A stretch of DNA of 32,000 nucleotides from Wallemia ichthyophaga EXF-994 (taxonomy: Eukaryota > Fungi > Basidiomycota), in contig NW_008806293.1 of assembly GCF_000400465.1 (NCBI RefSeq), positions 32,601 through 64,600 on the forward strand, in the 5' to 3' direction. The position numbers were made by a program, and so were the translations under genes. Positions 20,961 to 32,000 of the stretch are shown one piece after another; position 1 is the first letter of the stretch, and each line of letters starts with the position of its first letter. The notes under the pieces were generated by a model. That model had not been told where the DNA came from, made no database searches, and saw only the letters and a list, made by a program, of their open reading frames with translations.

Positions 20961-23904
20961 ATGTCGATTTTGAGTACTTCACCTGCAAAATCATTCTTAA
21001 GCAGAAAAAAGCATTCTTCGCAGCCAGATATACATATATCGCAGCAACCAACACAACAATTCTACACCTCCAACGATATCAACACCAAGGACTTCTGTAA
21101 CTCATTTTGGGGAGTAGATAGTAACGGATATGGATTTGATACTCTTACAAATAAACTAAAGTCTTCTTCAAAAACTGTTGATGATCTTAAGTTATTTTGG
21201 AAGGAAAGGTCGGCAATTGAGGACGAATACGCCAGAAAAATGGCAAAATTATCGCGATTTTTGGTTGGAACTGGTGAAACTGGAGCAGTTAGAGATAGCC
21301 TCGATACTCTCAGTACGGAACTCGAGCAAACATCACAGAATCATTTCAATCTTTGTCAAACTATCCATAGGGACTTGGAGAGACCAACGAATGAATGGTC
21401 TATTCGTTTATCCAATTTAAAGAAGAGCTCCCTTGCGACTATTGAAAAGAAGTACAAAGTTCTCCAAACTCAAGAAAGTTATGTTGATAAGGTCCGTCTT
21501 GTTTCCTCTTTTATGCAATCAACTCATTTTTTCCTCAGGCTAAAGCTAAATATACTGACAATTGCGTTTCTATCAACACTTTCACCGCACAAAAGTCTCT
21601 CTTACAAGGCAAAGACCTTGATAGAGTTGACGTTAAACTCGAGAAAGCTAAAAGTGTTGTTGGCGCTAATGAGCGTGACTATCAAAACTTTGTTAAAGCC
21701 CTTTCTGATACTCGTAAGCGTTGGGAAGCTGACTGGCGTATGTTTTGCGATCTATGCCAGGATGAAGAAGAAGAGAGGATAGAATTCTTAAAGTCAAATA
21801 TGTGGTCATACGCTAATGAAGTTTCAACCGTGTGTGTTGCAGACGATGAAGTGAGTTTATTTCGTTGGTTTACATTCTAACTGACGTCCGTTAGTCGTGC
21901 GAGAAACTTAGACAATCTCTTGAACAAGTTGACCCCGAGCTGGATGTTGAATTCTTTGTTGATGAGAGTATGACTGGCAACATTCTTCCAAGTCAGTTAT
22001 GTTCTAGTACAAACAGAATACTTGCTCACAAACATACAGACCAACCTACTTTTATTGATTTCTCACGTGAAACTCAAGTTCCATCACCCGCTCCTAGGTA
22101 CGCTACCTTCCATAGGAACAGCATTCGTCCGCTCGATATGCCTAGGGACTCACACCGCCCATTACAATCTCACAATCAACCACCTAAGCATGAGGTTCTC
22201 GATCATCCACCTCCATCATCTCCAAAGAAGCAAGTCGTTCAAGAGGAACCCAAACTTCAAAAGTCTCAACCAAAAGAGTCTTCTCATGATGAAAACGCAC
22301 CTTTCAAAGTACCTCAACTTCCTGCTCGTAATATCGATCGACCACCTCCGACTAAAGTCGAACCACCTTCATTTGATACTGCTTCCGCGCCTCAAACAGC
22401 TCCAAAGTTTGACGAAGCTCCACCTAGACCGGAAAAGGAGGACAAAGTTGAAACAAAAAAAGAATCAGGGGATGTGGATGAACTTGCCGCCGCTCTTGCT
22501 CAACTTAGAAACGCTCCTCCAGCAACGGGTAACCTTCGCGCCAATGTCGCAGCACAGGCGGAGAAGAAGCCACGTTCACGACCTGTATCACAGCATTCAG
22601 CTGTATCACCTGGTCCACAGGTAGGAGCGCCGGCGGGACAACAGGTATCTCCTACTAAAACTCAGCAACAGCCTCAACGACCTCCATTCAACCCTCAGAA
22701 TCCAATCTATCAAGGGATGGACGCCTCACAAATCCAGGCACTTCAAATTCAACATAAGTATGCACCTCACACCACCCCTCCTTTCCCTGCCATGATGCAG
22801 CGTCCAACGTCGAGCCAATCTAATGCGGGCGGACCCGTTGAAGACGTGATGACAACGTACCATCAACAGCTGCCCCACGAAAGAAGTCATCGAAATTCGC
22901 GTTTGGATCAGACTCAGCAAACTCAACAGCACATCTCCAGACCTCCCTCATCGACGGGTAGATCACCATCAAGAGAAGGCTTTGCAGGTATTGGCGCTGG
23001 CGGTGGTTTTGGTGCTAGTTACGGTAGCAGACAGCCTTCTCCAGCTGTCAGCAATGCATCACCGGTCCGTGCCGCAACCCCCCTAGGTATAAGTTTAAAT
23101 GCATCTGGAGAGGTAGCACACGATCAAAAAGCGGAGGAGTACAGGAAGAGACGTTCTGTTTCACCAGCGCTTGCACCTGCACCATCTGCTACTCCTGCAC
23201 CTGCTAACACACTCGCCAATCAACAGCAGCAGATGCAGATGCAACAGCAGCATCAGGCTCAGGCATACTATCAGTACCAAATGATGATGGCTCAACAGGC
23301 TCAGCAAGGCCAAGGTCAAGGCCAGCAACAACAACCACAGCATCCTTATCAGCCATACCAGTATTATCCATATGGACAGCCACAACAACAACCATACGTT
23401 ATGACGACGACACCAGGACCTGGATACAACCCATACCCACCAAGCAGTACGCCGGCACCAGCGCCTACCCCTGCTCCGAGTGGCCCAATTATGAATGCCC
23501 AACAGCAACATCGAGCACCCTCCCCATCTCCAACGCCTATATACAATGGAACACCGGGGCCACATCAACACCAGCAAAACCAGCAAACACCTTTTATTCC
23601 ACAAATTCAAACGCAGCAACTCTCTCACACGCCACAAATACACAGCGCCACAAATACATCAATGTATAGACAACACTCACCTTCGCCGCTTGCCAGTCCT
23701 AGCAAGGAACCTATCCTCTTCCATGTCAAAGCACTGTACGACTATGCAGCACAGACGACCGAAGAGTTTGATTTCAAGGCAGGCGACGTGATTGCTGTTA
23801 CAAAGACACCCGAAGACGGGTGGTGGACCGGACAGCTTACTGATGAGGCTCGATGCCTCCCTGGAAAAACTCTCTTTCCTTCTAATTTCGTCTCTTTGTT
23901 TTGA
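20961..23904 (+). CDS. F-BAR/SH3 (PCH family) cytokinesis protein, Cdc15/Hof1/Imp2-like
   Basis: FCNSFWG...GFDTL...KERSAIEDEYARKMAKL F-BAR start, ERIEFLKSNMWSYANEVSTVCVADDESCE, a Pro/Gln-rich middle and a C-terminal SH3 (VKALYDYAAQTTEEFDFKAGDVIAV...DGWWTG...LFPSNFV). Two introns. Confidence 0.9.
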
Positions 23905-24306
23905 TTATAAATTTCTTTGTGTATTAGTATATATTCTCTTGTTCATCTCAGTTTGCAGGATCAGCGGTTGATAATGTGATTTAGAACTTCTTAGCACTAT
24001 ACATGATTTAATGACTGCTCTAGAAAAGGACAAAGGGCCGCAAACGCGCTCCATCAATGCTTCTAATTTCATCTTGCCGGTTAACAAAGAAATTCCACAG
24101 GAAGAAGAAGCCATTCGGTCCTTATATGTAAAATGAAATCAGGAAAAATTCTGTATGCCAAAAAGAAATGTAAATCAAGCAATGGTAATGAACCATGTGA
24201 GCTGGAATGTGACTCAAGTGCATGGTCTAATTATACCCAAATACTGCTACTAGTTTGAGTCGTGTAAACACCTAACTCACGCTTTAACAGCATTTTAGAC
24301 AATGCA

Positions 24307-25237
24307 TTTCTCCTGAACGAACAACATTCACGCCTTAATACTTTGAAGTATTGAAAATACTTCCATCTTTTCTGCTTCTTTGCTTTACAAGCCAATCTTT
24401 AGCCACTAGTCTGAAACTCACAAGATTTGCTTAACTGCTCATTCTGCAATGAAAGATATTGTTCACAGGCATCATCAACGAAATATTAAAAATAATGGGA
24501 TATATGTATGTGAGTGATATAGCTGACGATAATTGATGCTACAAATTCACACCCTAGTCAAACTGTACTAGTGCTACCAAAGAATTTGCTACCAAATCCA
24601 ACTTTAGGTGTGTTAAGTTCCGGACTTTTGCTCGAGGAATTGCTTTTACATCGAATATAAAAGATGAAACATAATAATTTAGTTTGTTTACAGTAGTGAG
24701 ACTGTCGTACCTTGGAGATATACAATGTGAAAACATTCTCGGAGGTTTGGCCAAGAATGCGGCGAGGGAGAAAATAAGGAGAAAACCTCAAGATGCGTAG
24801 ATGAATTTCATGAAGTGGGGGGTGTTTAAAGGATGCTTCAAAAGTGAACGAGTAGAAATTCTGGTCAAAGAAAGGATATTAAGTCTTGCAGAGTAACGAA
24901 AGCACCGGTGTGACGTGAACAATGTTTACTTAGATGATTGAATGAAAGAAATTTAAGGGTAAAGTACGCCAGTGACTACTTAGTATTGAAGCTCTCAGAA
25001 TTGCACTATACCGCAAGAGGGATAACATAGAAAAGCCCAACACTTGGACAGTTGTAACTCTGATGACATAAATTGAAGGCGAAAATGGAAATTGATCGAC
25101 AGTTGATACTAGAACTGGAAAAGAAGCAAATCTACTCTAAAGATAAGAAGGCCGTCGTGTCACTATTGACATCTAAGGAGCGTTAAAGATGTTATTATTA
25201 TGCAAAACAAATCGAAGACGAGATCTAAACATTTGTA
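24307..25237 (+). repeat. Left arm of a 931-bp perfect inverted repeat
   Basis: Line-by-line comparison shows it is the exact reverse complement of 26364-27294; paired coordinates always sum to 51601. Confidence 0.97.
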
Positions 25238-26363
25238 GTGAAAAAAGTCGTATAAATTAAGCATTCGCGCGAACTATTGTAAACTCAAGTTAAAATAAAA
25301 CATATCAATGTTTGCATTTCGGTTGAGCTAAATTCGATAAGCATGCCTTTTCCATCATAACAAAGTTATAGCCATAGGTGCCTCTCTCAGATTTCAAACT
25401 ACTAAGTTTAACACTTTGTACAAACACAACTGTTTTACCAAGATAAGGACTCAGTAATCGTAAAATAGGTTATGATTGTAGTTCAGAATTTAACTAAAGA
25501 ACATTTTTACCTATGGTATTTCAAATGTATCAGAAGCGACTAAAACTATCTTTAAGCCAAAGAAAAAAAATGAACAATTTGACAACAAGAAAAGCAAGGT
25601 TTTGGCAGCATACATCTATAAAGTTTAAAAGAAAAATTTGGACGCAAAATTCAAATAGTTTAACTGTTAATTCGAAATTTGTCAAAAGGGAAATAAAAGT
25701 TCCGTTGGATCGATCATGATTAGGAGACTCAATTAGGAGCGATATTAAACAATATGGCCTTCAATTCCATCTAAAATGCTAATAGGACCCCTACTGCTGA
25801 TTAACTGCCATGAATGTGCTTGCCAGCTTCTGTTTCCTTGATATGATCGTGGTTATCAAATTTGGAAAATGAATGCCTTAGACATCGTGATTCAATCTAA
25901 TTGCCACTTGTAGTCACAAAAGAGTGACTTCGTAAATATCAAATGAGAATGACGAAATGATATTTACGAAAGCCAGTTTTAGCCGTAAGCTTCTATTTTA
26001 GAATTTCACTGCTCATTCCATTTAGGGTCGACATTATGAAGAATGCAAAAAAAATCGAATATGTAGAATGAAGGGGTTTCTGAGGTCTTAAACATGGCTC
26101 TGGCTAAGTCTCAATTAGTGAACCTTAATGTTGTACATTAAAAAATTAAAACTTTTAGAGACATTAATTAAAAAGTATCACTTCCCGTCTGTGTAGTTTT
26201 TTTTCCTGTCTGGGCCTTCTTGTGATGAAAATGAAGAATCATGATTTAAATTTATCATAGCTTGTCTTCTAATGTAAAAGCAATCCAGACCTCGATATAA
26301 GTGTCCCTACAACATGCGATTCTCATAGCTCACGCGAATGCTTAATCTATTCGACTTTTTCAT
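25238..26363. other. 1126-bp unique AT-rich core between the inverted arms; candidate centromere core or invertible segment
   Basis: Hand count 363 G+C in 25261-26340 (about 34%), versus about 47% in a sampled CEF1 line. No credible spliced gene found. The function is inferred from architecture only. Confidence 0.55.
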
Positions 26364-27294
26364 TACAAATGTTTAGATCTCGTCTTCGATTTGTTTTGCA
26401 TAATAATAACATCTTTAACGCTCCTTAGATGTCAATAGTGACACGACGGCCTTCTTATCTTTAGAGTAGATTTGCTTCTTTTCCAGTTCTAGTATCAACT
26501 GTCGATCAATTTCCATTTTCGCCTTCAATTTATGTCATCAGAGTTACAACTGTCCAAGTGTTGGGCTTTTCTATGTTATCCCTCTTGCGGTATAGTGCAA
26601 TTCTGAGAGCTTCAATACTAAGTAGTCACTGGCGTACTTTACCCTTAAATTTCTTTCATTCAATCATCTAAGTAAACATTGTTCACGTCACACCGGTGCT
26701 TTCGTTACTCTGCAAGACTTAATATCCTTTCTTTGACCAGAATTTCTACTCGTTCACTTTTGAAGCATCCTTTAAACACCCCCCACTTCATGAAATTCAT
26801 CTACGCATCTTGAGGTTTTCTCCTTATTTTCTCCCTCGCCGCATTCTTGGCCAAACCTCCGAGAATGTTTTCACATTGTATATCTCCAAGGTACGACAGT
26901 CTCACTACTGTAAACAAACTAAATTATTATGTTTCATCTTTTATATTCGATGTAAAAGCAATTCCTCGAGCAAAAGTCCGGAACTTAACACACCTAAAGT
27001 TGGATTTGGTAGCAAATTCTTTGGTAGCACTAGTACAGTTTGACTAGGGTGTGAATTTGTAGCATCAATTATCGTCAGCTATATCACTCACATACATATA
27101 TCCCATTATTTTTAATATTTCGTTGATGATGCCTGTGAACAATATCTTTCATTGCAGAATGAGCAGTTAAGCAAATCTTGTGAGTTTCAGACTAGTGGCT
27201 AAAGATTGGCTTGTAAAGCAAAGAAGCAGAAAAGATGGAAGTATTTTCAATACTTCAAAGTATTAAGGCGTGAATGTTGTTCGTTCAGGAGAAA
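26364..27294 (-). repeat. Right arm of a 931-bp perfect inverted repeat
   Basis: Exact reverse complement of 24307-25237. The ORF track also shows mirror-identical short ORFs (24554..24754/26847..27047 and 24558..24791/26810..27043). Confidence 0.97.
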
Positions 27295-28389
27295 GGCGTT
27301 GTCGGAATTGAGATGAAAGTAGTTGGCTTTTTTCAGCAATTCAGAATGTTTTAATTTAAGTTGTAAAGAATCGGGTCAAGGTGGAGTTGGTTGCGTGCCA
27401 AGCGTCTTCCAGTAAGTGATGGATGTCGCATTCCCCGCTTTCTTTTCGCTAATGCGTTGGATTATATATTTCTAGTTCGTACCTCCGATCTTTATATCTA
27501 GCATTGTAATTATTCATGTTTAAGGTTGAGGCTAAGTGGTTCTCCCTCCCCATTATTTTTCAGCTCACACTACCCACCAATATAAACATTTCAAAGAGTC
27601 GCTGCATTGCAGTTCTGATCAATAAAATGAATCACGTAGAGCAAGGATTTATTTAAACTGGTGTAATCAAGGTAAGAACGACGTGAAATGCTCTTGATAC
27701 GACCGACCCACAGCATCTAATTCCTGAAATATTTGTCATCGTATTGTATAGGGAAAATTACAGACTCCTTTGGCCTAATGAATTAGGTACATTTAAAAGC
27801 TTATGATCGACCCGATATACCCTCGATTGAGTGCTTCAAAGTGATGCTGGACCGTAAACTCCGTTCAGCTTGAAGGGTGTGAATAAATTCGACAGGCTCC
27901 GCAACTGGGGGTGGTTTTACGTCTCCACCAGAGCAACCCTAAACATGTTCGTTGGAGACTTCCATAAGTCGCAAATCATCCATTAGAGCTTAAGCAAGTG
28001 TATTAGATAATACAATTTGGAGGATTTTGGGGAGATATACGTTTTAAAAGCTTATTCTTAGTCCCGTAGAGCTGATAGGGATGACGGTGTCACAAGATTG
28101 TCATTCTCTAAAAACACTGCGCTCGCCTTAGCGCTTACTTCGCCATTTTGCAGCGTAAATAGTGCAACATAAACCAAGAAGCCATTTGATACTGCATTAG
28201 ATAACCCATGATGATGGACTTAGCATTTCAAATACCCTGCTATCTCATCATGTCGACCTGAGGTCATCAGTGATACGGGGCAAATGTTTTATTTTAGTGG
28301 TTAGGGATGTGAAGCAAGATAACATGTTACGGCGAATTATTTACATTACTGAAGCCGATCAGGGATTCGTGTTTCCCGACAATCAAGTG

Positions 28390-29900
28390 ATGAATTTACC
28401 AGAAGGAATTTTGGGTCTATTTGTAACGTCTTTTGAGCCTGGCGTTGGTAACAGCATTATTTGGAAATACAAAAATCCCTGTAAGCTACATGCTGACTTA
28501 ATATCACCCACTAATCAGCTCCAGCCAATGACGAGGACCCAGAGATGGATGGGGTGGAGTACACCTCTATGCCATCTGGAATGCATTTGATGAACTCCGA
28601 CGAGATATATTTCACTACGGAAGGCGACAACCATGGAATTGCTATCTATAGAAAGATACCTTCAGCCGATCAACATGAGCGTGGTGTTAAGATGTTTTCA
28701 GTCGGGGTGATCACGAGAGGCACTTACACACCATATGATTACTTACCGGAACTAGAGGAACTCTCTCTATATTTACTGACAAACCGCCCGTCCGATGTTC
28801 TGCTTGAGATGTTTTTTGCTCCAATACAATCATCTGACAATGATCACATTACCCAGCAATCACCATCACCTAAAGCACTTTCGCTGCTTTTCGATGTACT
28901 TGGCCCGCTGCTGCTTCTGCTGTTCAGATTGCTGCTTGCACAAAAGCGAGTAGTGATATTTTTTCGCCCTACCGAAGGAAAAGGAGTTGGATGGATTAGC
29001 GCAGCTTTAAAATCTTTCTCCGAAATTCTCAACAATGATGATGATGGACTTATCAGTGAATCTAGAACTCGCTATATTGGTAATGTTGGTTTGACCGATT
29101 TAGAGCGTTTGGAGAGTGTAAAGCGTGGCTATATAGCATGTGAGTAGTACGACAGTTTAAATTATCACTAATGCGGTTTCTTAGCTACCACCGACGCGTT
29201 GTTATTGGAGAAGCCCCAGGTATATGACGCAATTATAGATTTATCACCCAAAGTCAAATACCCCTCCCTATACATATCACAAACACATGAAAAGGGCGCG
29301 TTACTTACTAGGCAGACCTACACGCTTGCTGATTTAAACCTCTGGAGGAAGCTGAGAAGTAGAATTGATTCTCAAACTCTCGTTTCTTCACCGCCTTATG
29401 GGTTTGCGGACCTCTTTGCGGATATATGGAGCTCTATCTTTGGGGCCAATAGCAAAATGAGTATACCATCGCCAACACCGAGTGAATATTACCCAGAAAA
29501 CGAACCAAACACAAATGAAGATGACGAAGTCAGACTTTTAAGGAAGAGCCTCAACCCGTCACCTGCTATAGCAGCTTTCATGAAGAACTATTCTAATGCG
29601 ATTCTTGCTAGTTTACTCGCGTTGGCACTAAAGCCAGATTATGACCACAATGAAAACGTTAGAGATGAAGATCACCATCAAATAGACGGTGACAATGTTA
29701 TCAACGATGATAGACCGCTTGAGCTGTCAGCAGCAGATCTACTGACGCTTGGGTTGTCACCACTTAGTGATGTCGATAGTCTAGTGGCTAAGACAATATC
29801 AAAGACGGAATTGGGAAGGAGTGCAACCGTCTCGGTCAGTTGTGCTTGGTCTGTAGCTTCCTTTGTACGTCGCCAATTCTTAAGTATTGGCTGGATATAG
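28390..29900 (+). CDS. DUF2347/DUF4484 DENN-like protein (Anr2/DENND11-like)
   Basis: MNLPEGILGLFVTSFEPGVGNSIIW...DGVEYTSMPSGMHLMNSDEIYF...ERGVKMFSVGVI...GYIASTTDALLLEKPQVYD. Two short introns join the track ORFs. Confidence 0.78.
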
Positions 29901-30045
29901 CCTTTTTAATGCATATATAACGTGGAATTCAAACCATATTGTGTATAAAAGGGTAACAAATCAGGAACGCGACAATAAAACAAATCAAAAAGGTAGTATG
30001 AAGTCCCATTAGAGTAGAAAATCTATTTGTGTCAGAACGAGTCGC

Positions 30046-31138
30046 TTACTCTGGTTTTTTGGAGATAAATAACATCATCGGGGTGAAGAGTTTCTTTTGA
30101 CCACCTTCGACGAGAGCATCAGCAGCGACCTTGAGTGATTCTCCAACTTCAAATGTACCCTTTGGTACAACGCCGAACCTCTCGAGTACCTTTATACCAT
30201 TTTGAGTCACAAATTTACCAACGCTTGTCATTCTCCAGACTGTGAAAATATCCCACAAGTTTTGACATTTTCTGATATCTCCTTCTAATGGATAGTACCA
30301 TGGTATAGGATCCGGTCTAGCTGCAAGGTCTTCCTCGTGGAGAATCTCGAACCCGACCTTTTTCAAAGCGTTACGGGCATTTTCAACGTTACGCATTTCT
30401 GGTATACCATCGCCGACTTCAATTCCGTGAGCCACTCTCTTGTGCTCAGGGTTGCGTGGGTCCCATTCGTCGGTCATACACCATTCGCTGTGGAAAAATT
30501 AGAATGGAGGAGGGTACTTGAAAGTGTACTTACTAGACACCAAAGATACCACCTGGCTTGAGGATCTTCTTAATTTCATTGTAAACACCCTCGAAGTTTG
30601 GAGCGTGAACGGTAGCCTCGATAGCGTAGACAGCATCAAAAGAGTTTTCACCGAACTGTTCGGACAACTTCATGAAGTCACCCTTGACGAAATCAACTTT
30701 ATCTTCAAGACCAGCTTTCTTTGTGTATTTTCTTGCTCTCGCGACTTGGAAAGCGTTGTTGTTCAGACCGACAATGTTGGCATCTGAGAAGGTAGCAATC
30801 TCTCTGGCAGGGCCACCGACACCACAGCCGACATCCAAGACCTTCATGCCCTTCTTCAAACCGATGTTTGAGGACAAATAATGCTCATGTCTGGCCAAAG
30901 CTTGATAGAAGCCCTCACCCTTGTAATATCTACAGAAGTGGAAGGAAGTGCCCCATCCGTACTCGTAGAGCTCAGTAGCGCCATCGTAGTAGCCGTTGAC
31001 GACATCTTTGTAGACGTCCAACCTGTTTTGACGATCGGTTTCTGAGTCGTTCGAAGAATCTTTTTGCCAGAAGTTGTTGTAATTCTCGATACCAGCGTTT
31101 GAGCGCTTTCCGTCGTCTTGCTTGTTGTAAGTTGACAT
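30046..31138 (-). CDS. ERG6: Sterol 24-C-methyltransferase
   Basis: [48 protein letters not shown]; intron 30533-30488; [17 protein letters not shown] and [14 protein letters not shown]. Confidence 0.97.
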
Positions 31139-31218
31139 TTTACGTTGTGAGAGTTTGAGACCAAGACTCAACTAAATAATCAGCGCACTTGAGCTCGAAC
31201 TTCTAGGCGGGAAATTAA

Positions 31219-32000
31219 ATGTAAGAATCAGATCATAAATAGGTTCTTCAAAAATTTATATTGGCCTAGGAGTAACACGATAAATATATTTCCTCTGCAA
31301 AATTATACGTTTACCACGCGTGAAGCTCAACCGGAAGAAGATGCAAGGTATGGTCTGATACGCGAGCGTGGATGTCTATTGATCGATTATATAGCGTTGC
31401 TGCTAGATTACAAAGGCTGCAAAACAACTACGAGGATTTCGGTACGCTTCTACTTGATGTTTCCCGCCAAGTTAATCAGTATTTCAGGTATGAGACGCAC
31501 AGTTGAAGGTATAATGGTCGTACACGAGCATGGTCACCCTCATATTCTCATGTTGCAGATCGCCAACGCGTTTTTTAAGCTGCCTGGAGACTACCTCACC
31601 CCCGGAGAGACCGATGAACCTGGATTGAAGAAGAGGCTGGATGACAGACTAGCACCGTTAGATCCAACAATGTTTGAGCCGGAGGATGGGGCGCTTAATG
31701 ACTGGGAAATTGGAGACTGTCTTGCTCAGTGGTGGAGACCCAACTTTGAAACATTCATGGTGAGTAGTCGTTGCCGAAAGCAGCCGAGACTGACAAGTAC
31801 AAGTATCCATTCATTCCTGCACACGTGACTAAACCAAAAGAATGCAAAAAGATGTATGTCGTCGACTTGCCGGAGCGAAGTGAGTCATTTTATTATTGGA
31901 TCGACGCAATCTGACTTTCTCTTAGAAGTGTTCGCCGTTCCAAGGAACATGAAGCTTTTAGCGATACCTGTGTTTGAACTATACGATAACTCAGGTAGAT
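31219..32000 (+). CDS. NUDT21: Cleavage factor Im 25 kDa subunit (CFIm25/CPSF5), 3' end outside the window
   Basis: Spliced MSNTINIFPLQNYTFTTREAQPEEDASVAARLQRLQNNYEDFGMRRTVEGIMVVHEHGHPHILMLQIANAFFKLPGDYL...[27 protein letters not shown]...VPRNMKLLAIPVFELYDN. The ATG is split by intron 31221-31269. Confidence 0.94.

Noticed and set aside
23215-23400. CAG/CAA-rich tract as a standalone repeat
   Set aside because: Ordinary poly-Gln low-complexity coding sequence within the F-BAR protein.
23905-24114. 69-aa minus-strand ORF abutting the F-BAR gene stop
   Set aside because: No recognisable motif or splice support; not called as a gene.
24421-24489. CSFCNERYC segment as a BED or AN1 zinc finger
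   Set aside because: Stops follow immediately and the His ligands are missing; too short to support.
24554-27047. Mirror ORFs of 66 and 77 aa in the arms as duplicated genes
   Set aside because: Short, start at non-ATG codons, overlap each other and carry no motif; they are simply a by-product of the repeat.
24307-27294. DNA transposon or foldback element with long TIRs
   Set aside because: No target-site duplication at either candidate boundary (GACAATGCA vs GGCGTTGTC; AGCATTTTA vs GGAATTGAG), no transposase ORF in the core, and homology fades at the edges instead of ending sharply. An old TE origin is not excluded.
23905-28389. Mating-type or switching cassette
   Set aside because: No homeodomain, STE3-like receptor or CAAX-ending pheromone ORF was found in or beside the repeat.
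490-31164. Many 60-165 aa track ORFs antisense to or out of frame within real genes (for example 1245..1520, 11670..12113, 17211..17636, 23161..23643)
   Set aside because: Shadow frames of codon-biased or low-complexity coding sequence with no independent motifs.
1-32000. tRNA, rRNA or CRISPR arrays
   Set aside because: None recognised by eye, and CRISPR is not expected in intron-containing eukaryotic DNA. Small ncRNAs in the two gaps cannot be excluded without tRNAscan-SE or Infernal.

Overview
Very gene-dense fungal genomic DNA with about 44-57 bp spliceosomal introns and intergenic gaps mostly under 160 bp. It looks like a compact basidiomycete, probably Wallemia-like; this is an inference, not a database match. 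I can reconstruct 18 spliced genes by hand: a Swa2/auxilin-like protein (partial), CEF1, an Ish1/Msc1-family protein, SAP18, PDCD5, an OTU protease, a conserved hypothetical protein, eIF3d, an Rpd3/Clr6 HDAC, an FAH-family hydrolase, VPS24, a CENP-T-like protein, ERV2 (not resolved by the ORF track), NDUFS4, an F-BAR/SH3 protein, a DUF2347/DENN-like protein, ERG6 and CFIm25 (partial). The main anomaly is a 4.5-kb gene-free gap (23905-28389). It holds two base-identical 931-bp inverted arms (24307-25237 and 26364-27294) around a 1126-bp AT-rich unique core, with no TSD and no transposase. This matches the architecture of inverted-repeat small regional centromeres and is also a potentially invertible segment. 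Secondary oddities are head-to-head start codons only 19-46 bp apart, an intron-split start codon, a GC-AG intron, micro-exons and a 48-nt repeat inside the CENP-T-like gene. Exon boundaries and base counts were done by eye.
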